A stretch of DNA of 63,982 nucleotides, filler included, from Octopus bimaculoides (Eukaryota), in the NCBI RefSeq assembly GCF_001194135.2. It is 4 parts of 4 records of this genome, joined end to end, with 100 filler letters (N's around TTAATTAATTAA, not from the genome) between each part and the next. Parts side by side here need not be neighbours in the genome. Positions count along the whole stretch, not along the records: positions 61,685 to 63,982 come from NC_069007.1; 3 more parts are not named here. The stretch is one strand, 5' to 3'. Below the pieces are notes generated by a model. The model had not been told where the DNA came from and did not search any database. It saw only the letters and a list, made by a program, of their open reading frames with translations. Of the stretch, positions 63,937 to 63,982 are shown piece after piece (within the stretch, counting starts at the first letter, position 1; the number at the start of each line of letters is the position of its first letter). Both the position numbers and the translations under genes were made by a program.

Positions 63937-63982
<46 letters not shown>

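Overview
Eukaryotic, AT-rich, microsatellite-dense draft scaffold with about 8 kb of N gaps. By inference it is most likely from an octopus, because its tRNA-derived SINE families and repeat landscape look octopod. I could not support any host protein-coding exon, rRNA, true tRNA gene or CRISPR array; the window reads as a gene desert or part of a very large intron. Almost all ORFs in the supplied track are translations of (TA)n, (CA)n, (GA)n, (AAT)n or (ATC)n tracts, or run through N gaps. Manual translation in frames the ORF track misses recovers a layered transposon graveyard. It includes three Penelope-like element (PLE) remnants with the CxCx5Cx5C + C-terminal GIY-YIG layout of the Hydra-type clade, and several hammerhead-ribozyme-like motifs (best at 60311-60360). 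It also includes R4/Dong retrotransposon pieces in (AAT)n tracts, a Tc1-like transposase with unusual DD36E spacing, two mariner remnants, Tx1/L1-, CR1- and RTE-type LINE debris, a piggyBac-type MITE, and at least four short repeat families, some forming inverted pairs. Three 100-bp N44-TTAATTAATTAA-N44 spacers are synthetic assembly linkers. All calls were made by eye; element ends are approximate unless stated.
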